Positions 50,101 through 64,000 are shown, numbered from the stretch's first letter. The stretch is DNA of 64,000 bases from Lingula anatina (GCA_051362555.1 CM120640.1:34615967-34679966), one strand, 5' to 3'. Notes: generated by a model not told the origin, from the sequence alone. Numbers and translations: made by a program.

Positions 50101-53100
50101 TCTATCTGTTTAATTACTGACAGCCCCTTCATGCTTAGGGACCATATGTGTCTAGTTCGTGATTGGCTTTTTGAGTGTTGATATGGGTTTGCGTAACTTT
50201 TGTCTCAAGTATCGTGTTCAGTAACTGTTGGCAGTGCGGTCATATGTCGATGTTCTTCTGTGTTAATTACCTGATTATTATTATTATTATTATATGAATA
50301 CATCACCTGGCTTCGACATATTATTGTACCATTAATCATAGCTGCAAACTTAAATGATAATAATAAATAAAAGAATTTATCGAGTAAAGATAATGATGTG
50401 GCACTGCAAATAAAGTATATAACTTTCTTTTCTTACTCTCTTTTTTCATTTTTTTTTTTAACTCACCACTTCCTTTTACTGTCCTTTTGTAAACTTAGGT
50501 TTTCTTTTTTTATTTCAAATGCTGGATTTATTTTTCAAACTTTCTGAAGGTGCATGTCTGTCTGTGGCTAACCCATTTTGGCGGTTTGGGACCAAGATTA
50601 ACTCGCCTTTAGGAAGAAATTCCAAGTCCGTTAACATGATCAATTTTTCAAGTAGTGATTTATTTTCAAATGGTGGCCATATCGTGCGGTTTGGGATTCT
50701 AGTATATAAATTCAGTCGATATGTTTTTCTATAGTGGGTTATTTTCTCATGGCACTCGCTGGTCCCCCGTCCCATAAAATCTTAATAATCACGCATAAAA
50801 GGTACAATCATCAGTAGGACGAACGCTCGTTAACACCGATTCCCAAGCAGCGCCCTTAATGTACACGTAAACTGGATCATTGATGACCGAAATTATCAAT
50901 AAAATTGTTGGACTATTCACCCGGGCCCTCTTCAACTCTCATTGTTGGCCAGAAGAGCACGTTAAGGACTGAGAAAATTCTAAATTCTGTCGACTTATTT
51001 ATGAAAGAATAAACACCAATTTATTCAGCCTGCTGTTTTTCAAGTGATACAAACAACCGCGGTAACTAATTCCACATAACCACAATTCGTACAAAGTACT
51101 CTATAGAATTTTCACGTTCTTTTTGAATAAACTTTGGTGTAGTTACTCTACAAACTATTGTGTATTTGAACCTCGAACATCTGCCTGTAGAGGCGGTGTT
51201 ATTTTCGAGCAAATTGTTACTCGAAAGTTCGTTATCTCATAGCTGTGTGGAAAGTGATGTATATATTGAATTTTGAATCCAACTCGGAGAAAGTACTCGA
51301 GCGATTTTCTTTGTGATCTTAAAGTTTATTAGGACAGATTTCATGAACACCCTCTCTGAGACAGGATTAAGTTTCTCAAAGTAATATCTTGTTATTCTTT
51401 TTAGACGAACCCAATTAGGTAATTACTCAAAGTCTCAGTCGGTGATTTGTATAGTAACCAGGTGGGGGCTTTTCAGTCCAGAGATTCTTATGGTACACGA
51501 CACTATCACGTTGCACTGTGGTACCACGGTCGAAATCTATATTCAATGTAAATGCAATTTTAGTATGACAACTATTTGTCTTCACGTAGCTAAATTTCAA
51601 TTTAATTTCACTTCAAAAGAAGCGGTAACCTGCCTCGCGGCGGACGCCGTATTCTTACTCTTACTTTAGAGATGCATATCGATATTAGATTTTAATAAAT
51701 TAAAAAAATAGGGAGGTTAATGTCTCATTTAACACCAACGGGTGATATTTAAGAAAGGCGTTATGGACGATACGGGCTCGTTTTCACTCCACAAATTATT
51801 TCTACTGTGCTCGCAGCGCTCTATGGAGATAGAGTAACAGAACTGGCGCGAGTCAAAACAGGAGTAACACAACATGACATAACGTTAATGCAATAAGAGT
51901 CAATATTAACTAAGTGGGCGGGTGTGACATGAGTTTACATTTAACGATTTCTTTAATGATATATCATTCACTTTGTTAAGTTCCCGGACAAGATAAAAGG
52001 CGTGTATGTAATTTTCAAAGTCTTTGATTGTCGTAGATGAAATATGTTCTCTTTTCTATCTTCACATTCTCCCTAAATAACTAATAATTAAATATCGATA
52101 AATCAGAATGAAGATATAAGTGCACTGGTGTGAATAGCCCTTTAATTTAAGACGTGGTAATTTTTATTTTGTTTAAATGTGATTTAATAAGCTGTCATCT
52201 TGTACATGAATTATACTCATTTGAGGAAATAATGGTCACGAGCACACTTTGTGTCTGCAGTAGGCGAGTCACTGATTTCCTGTTACTTGAATATATGAAA
52301 ATTCAGAGAAAAAATACCAGGTGCAGAACTGGGCGCAATTGCTGTCTTTTTTCTTTCATGTTCTGTTGCTTAAAGATATTAAAGAACTTTTAGCTGTGCT
52401 AGAGGACTTTTAACTATATAGATATAATTATCACTTTTGTTCGAAAAATAATTTTTATATAGAATGTTAACCACATTGTCCCACTAGCAAACTCTGATCG
52501 ATAAAAAAAAATCATCGCTTAGCCCTGTTAAAAAAAATTAAGAGAATTTAAAGTTTAAATGATCATGACAATAGTTTTGCGAAGAATAATTCTTTTCAGA
52601 AAAGAGAAACCTTTCAGTCAGGAACAGGGGAGGTAAATATAAATCGACAGACAGATAAAATCGACTCTTTCACGCAAGTCTTTGCAGTCGTGCCCATGTG
52701 ACGGACTTGGTGGAAATTTGTCACTGTAGTAATCACGGTGTCAAGCTGTCAGCAGCAGTGACTTGGCTGTCACATCTCCTAAAGTCTTCGACACTAATGG
52801 GGGAACGCAGCGTTGCGCGACGCTGCCGCTTAATACGATATCCGCCAATTCCGGTGTAGCACACTTTTAACAATCCTTAATCACACGTGTTGGTAGGAGC
52901 ACTATTGCTATGTTAATGACACGCTGGGGCTCATCATACTTTTTTTAACGAAATTCGACACTCCACAAAAATGTACGTGGTCTCTAGTTGCCTGTTTAAA
53001 GCCTGTAAAAATACATTTTGAGATTCATAATATTACAGAAAATCAGTCATGTAGGTTGATGTTATTTATTGATATACCGCGATACTAATGTTAAATTTTA

Positions 53101-55997
53101 CATCTTTTGGACGGATATTATTCAGAATGAACGTTAGGAAAACACACAACTATTTATTTCATTTGACAATTCTAAGTAGAAATATTTTTATAAATTTATG
53201 AACTATATAAAACAGCAAGATTGTTGAGCTTATATGGAATTAACATTGTGAAAATAGCGGCAATCTTGCTATATTATTAACTCACAATGGTAGAAATCTG
53301 CGGTTTTGCTTGTCAAAATAGCTTCACATACTATTTCACAGGCCACCTGCGAGTTGATAAAAAGTATTCATTTTTATTTTTACATAATTATAAGTTTGCA
53401 AAAATCCTGCCCGTCACTTCCGTTGAGTCACTTGGTCGTACTTTTCACCGCAGGACACGATTTTTTTACAAAAGCCCCATCAATTCCACAAATCGCACCT
53501 CACCTTTGTATTTATGTCACTAACTGCAGTTTTTATAATAGAAATTTTATTTGCATTGTGTTTTGTTATTTTGTGAATATTTCATTCTGAACTCATGTTT
53601 TAGTAATTTGTTGTGACTGTCGCCTAGTGCATTTTCTTCAATGCACTGAGGATGAGATGTATTCATTTTTGTATATAAAAATACTTTAAATATTACTCAG
53701 ATGTCTGAAAAAAGCAGATGTTTTAAAAATGCACAAGTGCACAAATTGAAATATTGGCATAAAAGGTTTTGAATTAGATGTAGAAAATCAGATTAAAATT
53801 TAACTATTTTAAAATGTATATTTGGCGTAATTTTTATTGGTGAAATAACACAATAATATGAAAAAAAATTGCGCAAGCGCATAATTAAGCGGAAATAGAA
53901 GTAGTAATGAGTGCTTTTGCATCAATCCATCATATTCCACAAGGAAATGCTAGTAATTTGTTACAAATTTGAGGGTCAATTACGAAGGAAATGCATTTTC
54001 AAAGCTATTGTATTTTTCTCATTTCAAGAGGTTAGGGTGATCGCTTGCTTCAAGGGATTCTCTTCCACCTATAATCACTGAAATCCAATTCTATTATTAC
54101 TCACTTGAACCTTCGAACCGTTACTCTTTCTAAGCATGCGTACTGAAAGTGTGAAAAAGCCCTAAAACACAATACGTATTGCGCGAAAATACTAAAAAAA
54201 GAAAAATGTGATTTTGTTCCAAACCCTTTCAAAACAAGTGTCTATTGATAATTATACGCGTGAACCTTGGTCCTGGACTATTTTCTTTTACTTCGTATTT
54301 GTAAACGTTTTAAGATGTGTTATAAATGTAACTTTGACCTTGAAATGTTCACATGTAAAAAATGATTGAGAGTGTTTTGCTTATTTTGCCTCCGCCGTGT
54401 TACGTGTTGTCGACCTTTTAATGGCCAAAACGATACAGCGAAAAACTTACCTTAGGCTCAACACGGAGAAAGAAAAGGTTTTAAAATAACGAATTCCATA
54501 TGCAAAGCCAAATCTGTGCAAGAAATATATGGTTAGAAGCACGAAATCAATTTATGAAGTCGACCAAAGTCATCTGATATCGTTTTCTGCAACCATTGGT
54601 GAAAAATTCGCAGCGGTGTGTGGCTTGTAAGCTGAGATGTTGGGTGTTTGCTAACGGGGCAATCACTCGCATAAATTATGTAGAATTATGAAAATAAACC
54701 TAAAAAGAAGGCAAAGAAAAGATCGACTTCCGGACTTTATATTTTATGTTGTATTTATCAAAGTTTTATTTGATTTACGAAGTCAGTTTGGTTAGTATCC
54801 AAATGAATTTGACTGTTGATTGAAAGAGAGATTGTCTGCAGCACTATGTAAATGCTTCCATAGAGAGTGAAGTGTGGTGTAAAAAAAGGTAATTCACACT
54901 GTGTCGCAGAGTTGTTCAGGCATTGAGGGCTCGGGGTGGGTTGCATGAAGAGAGGTCGAGGGGTCAAAGAAGCGACTACAGGTGCAAAGAACGTCATGGT
55001 TCCAGATCTTGAGCTGTGTACAGGGCTGCCTGCTACCAATTGGTAAAATACCATGCGTAGCTGCGGGCTTTTGTCTTCTCAGCCGATTTTAACTTCAAAA
55101 ATTATACTTTAAGATTTTTTTCGAGCATTGTTTACTGGGGGTCATGAATATTCAAGAAATCCATTGCTTTTCAACCACATCCCGGTTTTCTTCGGGCGAT
55201 CCATGCCTGTCAGTTTGCGATTCAGTAAAAAGACCAAACTTGTCATAATGAAACAACTCTTAATTTTGATTTTGAAATGTTTGTTTTTGTATTTTTCTGT
55301 GCTTTAAATTTTTTTCGACGATGCAGTTTGAAATGGCCTGAAACAATTTTCCACCTGTGGTAGTTTGGTAGTTTTTCAAATCATTTTTGGAATGTTTTGA
55401 AAATGATAATACTTGAAAATTTGACACCAAATTTCAAAAGCAGCATTCATACCCACTCTTTATTCCGTTAATTAATAGCTTAATTTAAGGGCGAAAAAAT
55501 TAATCGATAAGATCTCCCTCACGTGGAGATTTCAATTTTTCCCTTAACTACTCTACAACAAAGTAAATTCATGTGGACAGCCGAGGTATCGCGTATCATT
55601 TAGGTGTAAAGTATTTTTCAAGTCGAATGAAGGCGAATAAAGAGATACAAGGGATGATGGCCATATAAAACCAAGGACAGATTATTGGGCCAGATGCTGC
55701 TGCAGAAAGACGTTCGCCTGGCTTGGCTTCGGCGTGGATTTAATACGTTTACCCACTGTGCTCCATAAGAGGGCAAAAAAAGGATAGACTTCCATATTGT
55801 GTTCGTCTTTAATGTTATTAAATAATGTCGAGACATCTTATTGATTTGCAAAATACGGGGAATCTACTAAGAGCGACACGGTTCAACGCATTTAACCTGC
55901 TATATTAGTTCACAGATGAAAAAGTTTTAAGCGTCGAAAACAAAACTGTTGTGTATTTTTGGAAAACGGGATCTGAGTTTTTGAGCTGTTCGTTTTA

Positions 55998-56032
<35 letters not shown>

Positions 56033-59000
56033 AGAAAAAGAGTGAGATATAAAAATATATGGCGTGAAAAAGAGGAATAGAAGCATCTAGTTATCATAAA
56101 AGAAAAATACACATTGTCCATCTAAGATCTCTCTTGACATAGGATTTACTTATTATTCACTACAATATATATTCAATTTCAAAACTTTATTTCATCAAAA
56201 TAATTTTTGAAAAATATGTAAAAAGGTGGTGACCTTTTGTTGGATAGAGCAGGCGCACTGTTCGTGTCAAGTTAGTACACTTAACTCAATTTTAATGCAG
56301 ACACAACATAGAAGATGTAGGGGGTGGGGGTATATTTAGTCTTCAAACCCGTCGAACTCATCAAACAGTCGAGACAGAGTGGACCTTGTGACCACCCACA
56401 TATTAAATGTAGAGCAAAGAACGCGAATCTTTAAATTTCGCACCAGAGGGATATTTGCTTGTTTAATTCCAATCTAAACACCTTGAACTAAGCTGGACAA
56501 TACGCTTTATCCAGTAGTCACCGGTGTTGATTCGGTGTAGACGTGTCAACTTTCTCTTGGCCGGAGATAATTAGCTCAAACCAACTCCTGACACGCTGAC
56601 CAGTGGTCTTCATTTTCATCGGCCACTGTTTGTTTGGAAGGGGTCTAACGGTGTAGTTGACTTAAAGAGCTTTTCATTAAACTGTGAAGTAAAGTAACCC
56701 ACTACAGATAGTGAGACTGTGCCTGAGGATGTGCACTGTATTGCTATTCATCTAGCCACCTTTCCTTTGACTGATTGGCTATTTAAAGTTTAGCGCCTTT
56801 GAAAGAGAGGCGGGGCTTACTCGCCTTCAATACGTAAACTCAACCAATTTTTTCCTAATGAGAGGGGACAAAAAGCTGAATCTTCTACTGTTGCTTTTAT
56901 TATAACTAGGCATGTGCATCAAAGAGATAGATGTGTACTATATAAGTAAAACTACTTTAAGTTTGGTTAGAAAAAAATGGATCGGAATTTTAACAAATTG
57001 TTTTGTTGTCTGGGATAAAAGAGAATATAACCATCATACCTGGAAAGTAGACACGTTTTGTTGTTTAATGAAAAGAAAAAGAAAACCATTCCATTAGGTG
57101 GGTAGAATAATGGCACGTTTGTCACTGGATCGCGTAAAAGTCAATGGGCAACGAAAAATCACGCCCTTTCACCTCAAAGTCAATATTTTGAATAATTTTG
57201 TAAATTAAATACATTCATGCGAAATATACAATAGACGTGTAGGTTAGGGTTAGGTGAAGCGCCGTTTTGCTGGTAAATACCAATTGCTAATTCAAAAATT
57301 GAAAGCAAAATGGCACGGGAAGCTCAAATAAGTTTGCTGTTAAACTTATGTTCTATTTACCTACTGGAGACATTATGAACATTAGACGGACGGCGAAGAA
57401 ACTGCTCAAATATCTACTTTCACTCTGCCAACATCCGTCATAACCCAATCATATATTATTCCAAGCGACCACGATTGCGAATTAATGTGCAAATGCGTGA
57501 AAACAACATGTGGCCGCGTTATAATGCCGTCAATCGTTGTTTTAATTTTGGAAAAGGAGCAGAATCGCTTAGCAAGAGATGTTTGGTCCCGTATTGATAT
57601 ACAGCGCCATCGAGTCTGGGTTATTATAATAGCTATTGTCATGAAGAAAATAACTGTCAGTGGTAAACCAGGCTGTGTGTTGAGACGCAGTCGTCATAAC
57701 CACTTAAATAGAGATAGTCGTAGATTTCAACTCCAGTAGCTACTAACAATGGGCGGTTGGGGTGAGCAAAGGGGAACACAGTGCGTCCAAAATTGTTTCA
57801 CAAGAGATTTGAGATTATTTAGATTATTAAGACCCCTTTGCAAACAGTCTAATCCTGTAAAAGCCTTCCAATAGCGATTGCTTGTCTGCTTTATTTGCAA
57901 CAAGATAGCGTGAAAAGTGCGGGCGATTTGACAAAGCGAAGGATCGAACCCTTGATCTAAGAAGACTACTCCCTTAAGTGGAGTAAACAGAAGACAAACA
58001 ATAGATTCTACCACGGGGAGGGTGGCCTAATCCAACGGGAGCCAAAACATCCCGCGTGCGCTATTAATTATTTATTGTTTCACCTCTCTATTATCGCGAT
58101 TGTTTATCGTAAGAATCCTTTAGATCCCATCCGATTGGCCGATTGTGTTTATTGACTAATTAAAATGTATAGCACCAAATTGTTAATCACCTTATAAAAC
58201 GTGTGTTGTCCGCTGATTGACATCAAGACCTTCTTATTTCCCTGTGGTTTGCGTGGGGAGGTTTTGTCATGTCGCAGGTATTTCGATTTTTCCACCCCGT
58301 CACCATGATACCAACGCTGACTTAACTAATTAAGATGTTTGGCGAAAGTAATTGCTAAGACAACAGCGGGGCAGCCCGAGCCGCTGAAAAAGTCCGCATA
58401 GCACCTGCTTATTCGCCACCGCATTTTTTTATTTCACGTTCGCCATACACAAGGCTCTTTTTACCGGAAAACCCCAAGTATACGCGTATATGATATAAAA
58501 GAATATACGGGTTAATGTGACGAAACAAAGGGTGTGGCGGGCGAGGCTTGTTATCAGCCCACCACCAGTTATTATCCTTTATTACGGTGCCTTATCAGCC
58601 AGTGGTTTTTACACTGAATTGAGATGAACAAGGACGGAGGTAGTTAACTCATAAAGGTACCAGGTTAACATCCGTCTGATAACGATATTATAAGGATGAG
58701 ATGGTGTTTATCTTCATGTTCATCTTTTCATATGTACAATTACATGGGTGCTAACGAGGACCGCCTGACTCGACTTTTTTTGTGACGCAACTAGTTTTTT
58801 TCTTTTCAATTTGTGTACATTAAGACGGTTCAAATTAACTGATTTCTTGATGAAACAAAGTGTGGTGCTTTTCACGTGTTATAGATAAGTTATTTACCAA
58901 ACTTCATCCGGGTAACAGTTGACACCATGCCGATCAACACTGAGGTACGTAAAAATCCACCTTTTTTTAAAGAAAAAAAATTCCACATATGGTAAAGGAA

Positions 59001-61284
59001 TTATTACATTACGCTTGTTCATTTACTGTGTCAATCCGTTTGCCCCAACAAATATTTGATCGAGTCGTACGTCTAATTTGAACAGGGAATTTACTAAATT
59101 ATAGCGAAAGTCAGTTGTGTTGTACACAAGTTTGTGCCTTGTAAACGTACTTGTGTGTGCTATGTGTGTCTACCCCGCCGGCTGTAGAGTATGTGTCGGT
59201 TGATATAGGAGTTTGGACAATTCACAATTTTAAAGAACTTCTAAAACACTGCAGCTAAAGCAAAGAAAAAATAGACAAACGTGAATAGATTTGAAGGACC
59301 AGCAAAACAAACAGCAATTGAATAATTAAAGGAAAATATATGGTCCTACGGATCCTCATTGCCTGAAGGAGAAGAACGAGATCTGACCAGATAAGGTCGA
59401 TGGTATTCGTTTATTTCCGTCAATCTACGTCAAGGTATGAGTTATGATGTACCTAAACATACACCGCTGCAATTTCCCAACCCACCGCATTTCACGACTG
59501 TCAAATAAGAAGATTTATTAAGTTGCATGCGAAGGACTTATTAGTAATATGTTTCGAGCTGTCAAACTGTGTCACATGCAGGGTCTCGGCGAGAGCGTTA
59601 TGAAAGTCACATGCCTGCCGTCTTCCCATGTGTAGTTCCCATATGTAGTAGTCCGCATTTCAAAGCTATCGAATCCCCTCCCAGCCATTTATTTATAAAT
59701 ATTGGTGTCTTCTTACATCAGTAATTAAAGGGAATTTGTACCTCCCGTAAACAATTCGAGGAGAACGCACACGATGCCTCTCTTCAAAGAAAATAACACA
59801 TTTAAAATGGAAGAGTAAAGGTGAGATTTTGGCGGATTTTGCAGTCTGTTATGTCCAATTAAACGCCTCTTGCGTCAATTTATCAAGAACGCCAGGACGT
59901 ATTACGAAATGGACTGAAAAGAGCTTGTGCAAAATGTTAACTTTTTCCACATTTTTTTCATTGAGTTTTCAAACTAAATTTTCACTTCTTGGCCTAGAAA
60001 ATTTTCGGGAACTGAGTGCAATTTTAGCTATGTTATTGTAACATAGAGATGCCCTGTAGATAAAAAGTACCCCAGTCTGCTTGAGTACGCTTTACGTCTT
60101 CATAGTAAGTGCTGGATTTATATGATACTGTGCTACTCCGCATGGGGCTACTGCATCTATTAAAGGCTCAATCAGACCGCAAATAAAGTAAGCTAAAGAC
60201 TTAACTGATTGTCCACTTCACGTAGACTTAACAGAAACTGCCACCTGAGCTTTTTGCGGCTGACGAATTACGCTTTATACTGTACGATAATTGAAATAAA
60301 ATCAACAACTTTTCTATCCTCCGGATCACGTTCCGAAGTCTCTGACTTTTGAATGTCGTAATAGTTTTTGATGCAGACGTTCGATTGGTGCAGAATGAAC
60401 TGTTAAGCAGTTCATTAAACCCGCGATCTTTGTTTACTGACACAATTATCAAATAAACGCGAAATGTGTACCCCCATATATCATTCGGCCAATCACAATA
60501 ACGTAATTTCCACACGTGCGCAACCGCATCGACTTAAAATCTCCATTTGATAAAGAAACCCGAACTCATTAATTTTCATTTCTATCATCAGAGGGCGCGG
60601 GCATCGCCCCGTTTTTCTCTGTCTTGTTGTTTCAAAGATGCCCTACCGTAGAACTCCATTGAATAACCAGGTACTTGAAGGTGTTGTTTATATATATATA
60701 TATATGACTTTTGCTGTACTTTCACTTAATAAGGGACAGTAAACTGGTGCGCGTCGCTTTGAGGTTAATTAGGCACTACCTGCTTTGTGCTTCTCCCTTG
60801 ATGATTCAGGGAAGACCCTGAATTTATTTAGAAAAGGTGTATATCATGATCAAAGTGTTACCGCTGTGTCAAACATTACCGGCCGGGGAATGTGTTATAA
60901 GTGTGCTAAATGGTCCAAGAACCACTTCCTCGACCAGTAGTGGACAATTGAGGGGACAATAGACACATCACAGAACGGACGATCGCGGCTTACTCTATTG
61001 TGTAACACGTAGCCAGGGGCAGTATTAAAAGCGAACAGATCGCACTGATTACAATTAACTATCAGAAAATAAGTGGTTGAAAAGACCAGAACCACACAAT
61101 TACGCCATTGGCAATTATCAGTCGCGTTTGAAAGCTAAGGACAACATAGCCACGGGTTATTTGAAACCAAGAGCTCCTGGAGATTGGACAGTACTTTACT
61201 ACATGCGTGTTGGCCCACTCCGTTGCTTAACGTCAGTGCTTTAGTATATTGTCAGCCAGCGAGAGGTGAAAAGCGCGGTGTACC

Positions 61285-61446
61285 ATGGCCCAGCTGAGCC
61301 CGATCGCGACGTCAGATACCCCACTCTCCCTCGCCGCGGCAGCATACAAGAACCGACTGCTCCAGGACGGCCAATTGGATTCGCCGAAAAAAGAGATCTT
61401 TGCGTCCGAGATGCCCTCGGCGTTCGGAGCCTACGGTGCCACAGAG
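61285..61446 (+). CDS. TFAP2: Candidate alternative first coding exon of TFAP2 (MAQLSPIATS...GAYGATE)
   Basis: GC/CpG-rich 54-codon frame with strong Kozak context (ACCATGG), phase-0 donor GAG|GTCAGA (alternative AAG|GTTTTA), and TATA-like and reverse CCAAT motifs just upstream. Confidence 0.5.
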
Positions 61447-62577
61447 GTCAGATCACACCGTTCCAATATTGATAAGGTTTTAGCCGGCGTTATAGCTCTA
61501 AGACAAATAAGTATTGATACACGAGTCTTGTTGGTGTAAGGTATTGGTTATACTGTATTAAATAGCTCCTGATCATTTCAAATGGACTCGGTGCTGTTTT
61601 AGCTAACGTGATTTTCAATACTTTTGATTTAATTTTAATTGGGAGTAGTAAGAAGACGTTCAATTAAGATTTCTTTGGCGTTCTTTAAACATGATTGTTT
61701 ACATTTCGTTGAAAGCGTTCTTTATCATTTACTTCTATGCGAACCGCGCCATTTGAAAGCGCGTTTAATCAATTAAATGATTTCCTGTTTTACTCACAAA
61801 TTTGTTCTTTCTCGCGTGTTTCCCATCGATGGTCGATGGTTTGTTGATGGCACGTTTAAAAAATAGTGTATTTACTTTCACAAGGATTCTGTAGCTGTAG
61901 TTTCTTAACACAACCGTGCAGTTTACAATGCATAATCACCCACGTGTAAGGAATACAGTATATACGGCCCCAGGGATCGAACATTTCTTTGGCCTTAGGA
62001 GGGGTCCTTAGTCTATTAAAACTGTATGGCCTGGTGGAGGCTGGATTTTATGGGGATCCAGGTTTTTAGTTATGTCAGGTAGTGTAGGTTTTTTTGGTAT
62101 TTGTCCAATGCTGGATGAGCACCGAGTGGCAGACACGTACGTTGGCTGTCGTCGTGTGCATATTGATAGCCACTTGGTGATGACGTTCTACGGCTGAACG
62201 CGACACTTAACGAGTAGGCCTTGTTTCCTGTCTTAGCACAGCACGCTTGTGTCGCTGTTAAAGCGCAGCCACTGAGATAGGGTTGAAGGCTGGGAGAGGC
62301 AGGACTTGATGCTATTTCAGCTTACCATCGTCTACTAACTAGGAGGATAGTCGGGCTTCTTTCCCGCGTACTGTTTGATTGAATCGATTCTGATGTGTTT
62401 GTGTAAATATCGTATGTCATTCATTGAGTCACGGGTTGGCCTTGCGTAGCCTTTTTGCCGTCCGTGCCCTTACGGTCCGCCTTGCACGCCCTGCGGCACT
62501 CAGCCAGTCTGAACCTACAGCTAAATACAGAGGATTCTCGGAGGGGTTGTATCTGTATCATCTGAACAATCGTTGTT

Positions 62578-62595
62578 ATGCATTTGCCAATGGAG
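62578..62595 (+). CDS. TFAP2: Candidate proximal first coding exon of TFAP2 (MHLPME)
   Basis: ATG CAT TTG CCA ATG GAG|GTACGT, phase 0, 157-nt intron to exon 2, in-frame upstream stop. Confidence 0.55.
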
Positions 62596-62752
62596 GTACG
62601 TAGGTCAGCCCGCCCTCCAGCCAACAACATTCATAGATCCAAATTAAGACTACTTTACTGGTCCTCATAATAGATTGCTGTTGTTTTGTTTCGGGGGGCT
62701 ATTTGGCAATCGATGGTAAATTTCACGTTGTGTTTTTGTTTCTGTTTTATAG

Positions 62753-63205
62753 GACAGGCGAACCGACTTTGTGGCTCACACCAGTTTAGCACAGCTGGGG
62801 GTGAGCTCCGTAGGATCTTCATCTTTCTCCACGGCTCCCCGTCTCTCACACAACCCCAGCACGGACTTCCAACCGCCTTACTTTCCACCACCCTACCACA
62901 ACCTACCGCCACAACAGGACTTCCATCACCATGCCGTGAATGCAGCAGACCCCTACTCTCACTTCGCCAACAGTTTTCAACCACACCACCAGTACCCACA
63001 GCTCCAAGACTCCAGGAGTGTACTACGGCGGGATGACCCGCTATCACAAATGCACCCCGCCCTGCCGGGACCCTACGACCGCAGGCTGTACAGTGGACAC
63101 ACCGTACCCCGGCCCGACCTTCACGGAGCTCATACACACGGCCTAGACCAGGAAACTGCTCTTAGTCTTCATGGATCCTCCATGTTGGGAATCGAGGATG
63201 GACAG
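62753..63205 (+). CDS. TFAP2: Transcription factor AP-2, exon 2 (Pro/Gln-rich activation domain with PY motif); gene continues beyond the window
   Basis: Acceptor ttttatag|GAC and donor CAG|GTAAGA. Translation DRRTD...LAQLG...STAPRLSHNPSTDFQPPYFPPPY...DPYSH carries the AP-2 signature. Confidence 0.93.
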
Positions 63206-64000
63206 GTAAGACGGGGATTTTATTATTTTGCAGCTGATATTTATTCATGTAGGTCATGCTTCTAGATTTTTTATTTTTATTGCTCTGGTATGAAAAAAGG
63301 ACACTTAAAGAATGGTTTCCCAAACGGTTACTTAACACACAAAAAATGCCGTAAAAATTAGTTAATTTGGAAAAAAACCTCCTAAAAGAAGACAACCATA
63401 TGTATTAGAAAACTACCCTTGAATTGTTGGACGTATGTAGCATTAAGTGCCCAGATTGGAGTGACTTCAGTGGATGAAAGTGGAGTAATTTTTAAATCCA
63501 GCCCTCACCCCCTTCCATACCAACTTGTGTAACTTCAGACCTCGACGAATAAAAATAGTTTCTTGGCTGTGAACTTGTCTGAAGATAACCAAGAACAAAA
63601 AATATCTATGCAGGAATTCAATATGGCCGCTCCATGCCTTTGACCTCAAAAAAACTCCAAGGTGTCTTATTTATGGATATTTTCCTTTTTATCTGATAGG
63701 GTTAAAATACAGTCTCTGTGTACGAAAAAAGTGCGAGTGGTGGTGCGACGTTGTTAGGCTAAAAGTCTGATTAATTCTGTCAGCAGCAAGGGAGAAGTAA
63801 TTGTTGAATTGAACTAGTTGTTATTTGAATCCCCTCAATTAAAAATATTCAATTCTTACTGATTTCCCTCCTCTGTATAAACTTATAAACACGATTCGAT
63901 TCAACGGAGAATAATTTGAGGTAGACCACGCGTCTTATGTCGCATGCAATATCCATGAAATCCGAAGAAAAACATGGTTTTATATTTCTTTCATTTTGTG

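Noticed and set aside
52807-52826. GCAGCGT...ACGCTGC short hairpin
   Set aside because: Isolated 7-bp stem with no terminator, Helitron end or RNA-family context.
27100-61200. Numerous 60-150 aa ORFs in the ORF track
   Set aside because: Mostly non-ATG starts, low-complexity Phe/Leu/Lys composition, no domains or consistent splice structure.
1-64000. CRISPR arrays, rRNA, tRNA, prokaryotic operons or defence systems
   Set aside because: None seen; the sequence is spliced eukaryotic DNA with no repeat-spacer periodicity.

Overview
Eukaryotic, AT-rich, intron-rich animal DNA, most consistent with a marine invertebrate; the taxon cannot be fixed from sequence alone. Left end (1-3.4 kb): a spliced, TATA/Inr-driven minus-strand gene for an unrecognised 216-aa basic protein with two SxIP motifs. 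Next to it are a minimal Penelope-type hammerhead ribozyme motif on the plus strand and a Helentron-associated (DINE-1/HINE-like) element. From 4.8 to 26.9 kb is a dense, CpG-poor gene block: WDR63/DNAI3 (about 23 coding exons, minus), ASF1 (4 exons, minus) head-to-head with intronless VMAC (plus), and a NEK-family kinase (8 exons, minus). The kinase has an AT-AC minor-spliceosome intron that is mostly filled by a long inverted repeat. From 27 to 64 kb is a CpG-retaining, largely non-coding region leading to TFAP2 (AP-2) exon 2 at 62753-63205, with several candidate phase-0 alternative first exons, one resembling the distal first exon of vertebrate TFAP2A. TFAP2 continues beyond the window. 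Most entries in the supplied ORF track are intronic, intergenic or antisense shadow ORFs. All exon models were read by eye and need RNA-seq confirmation.
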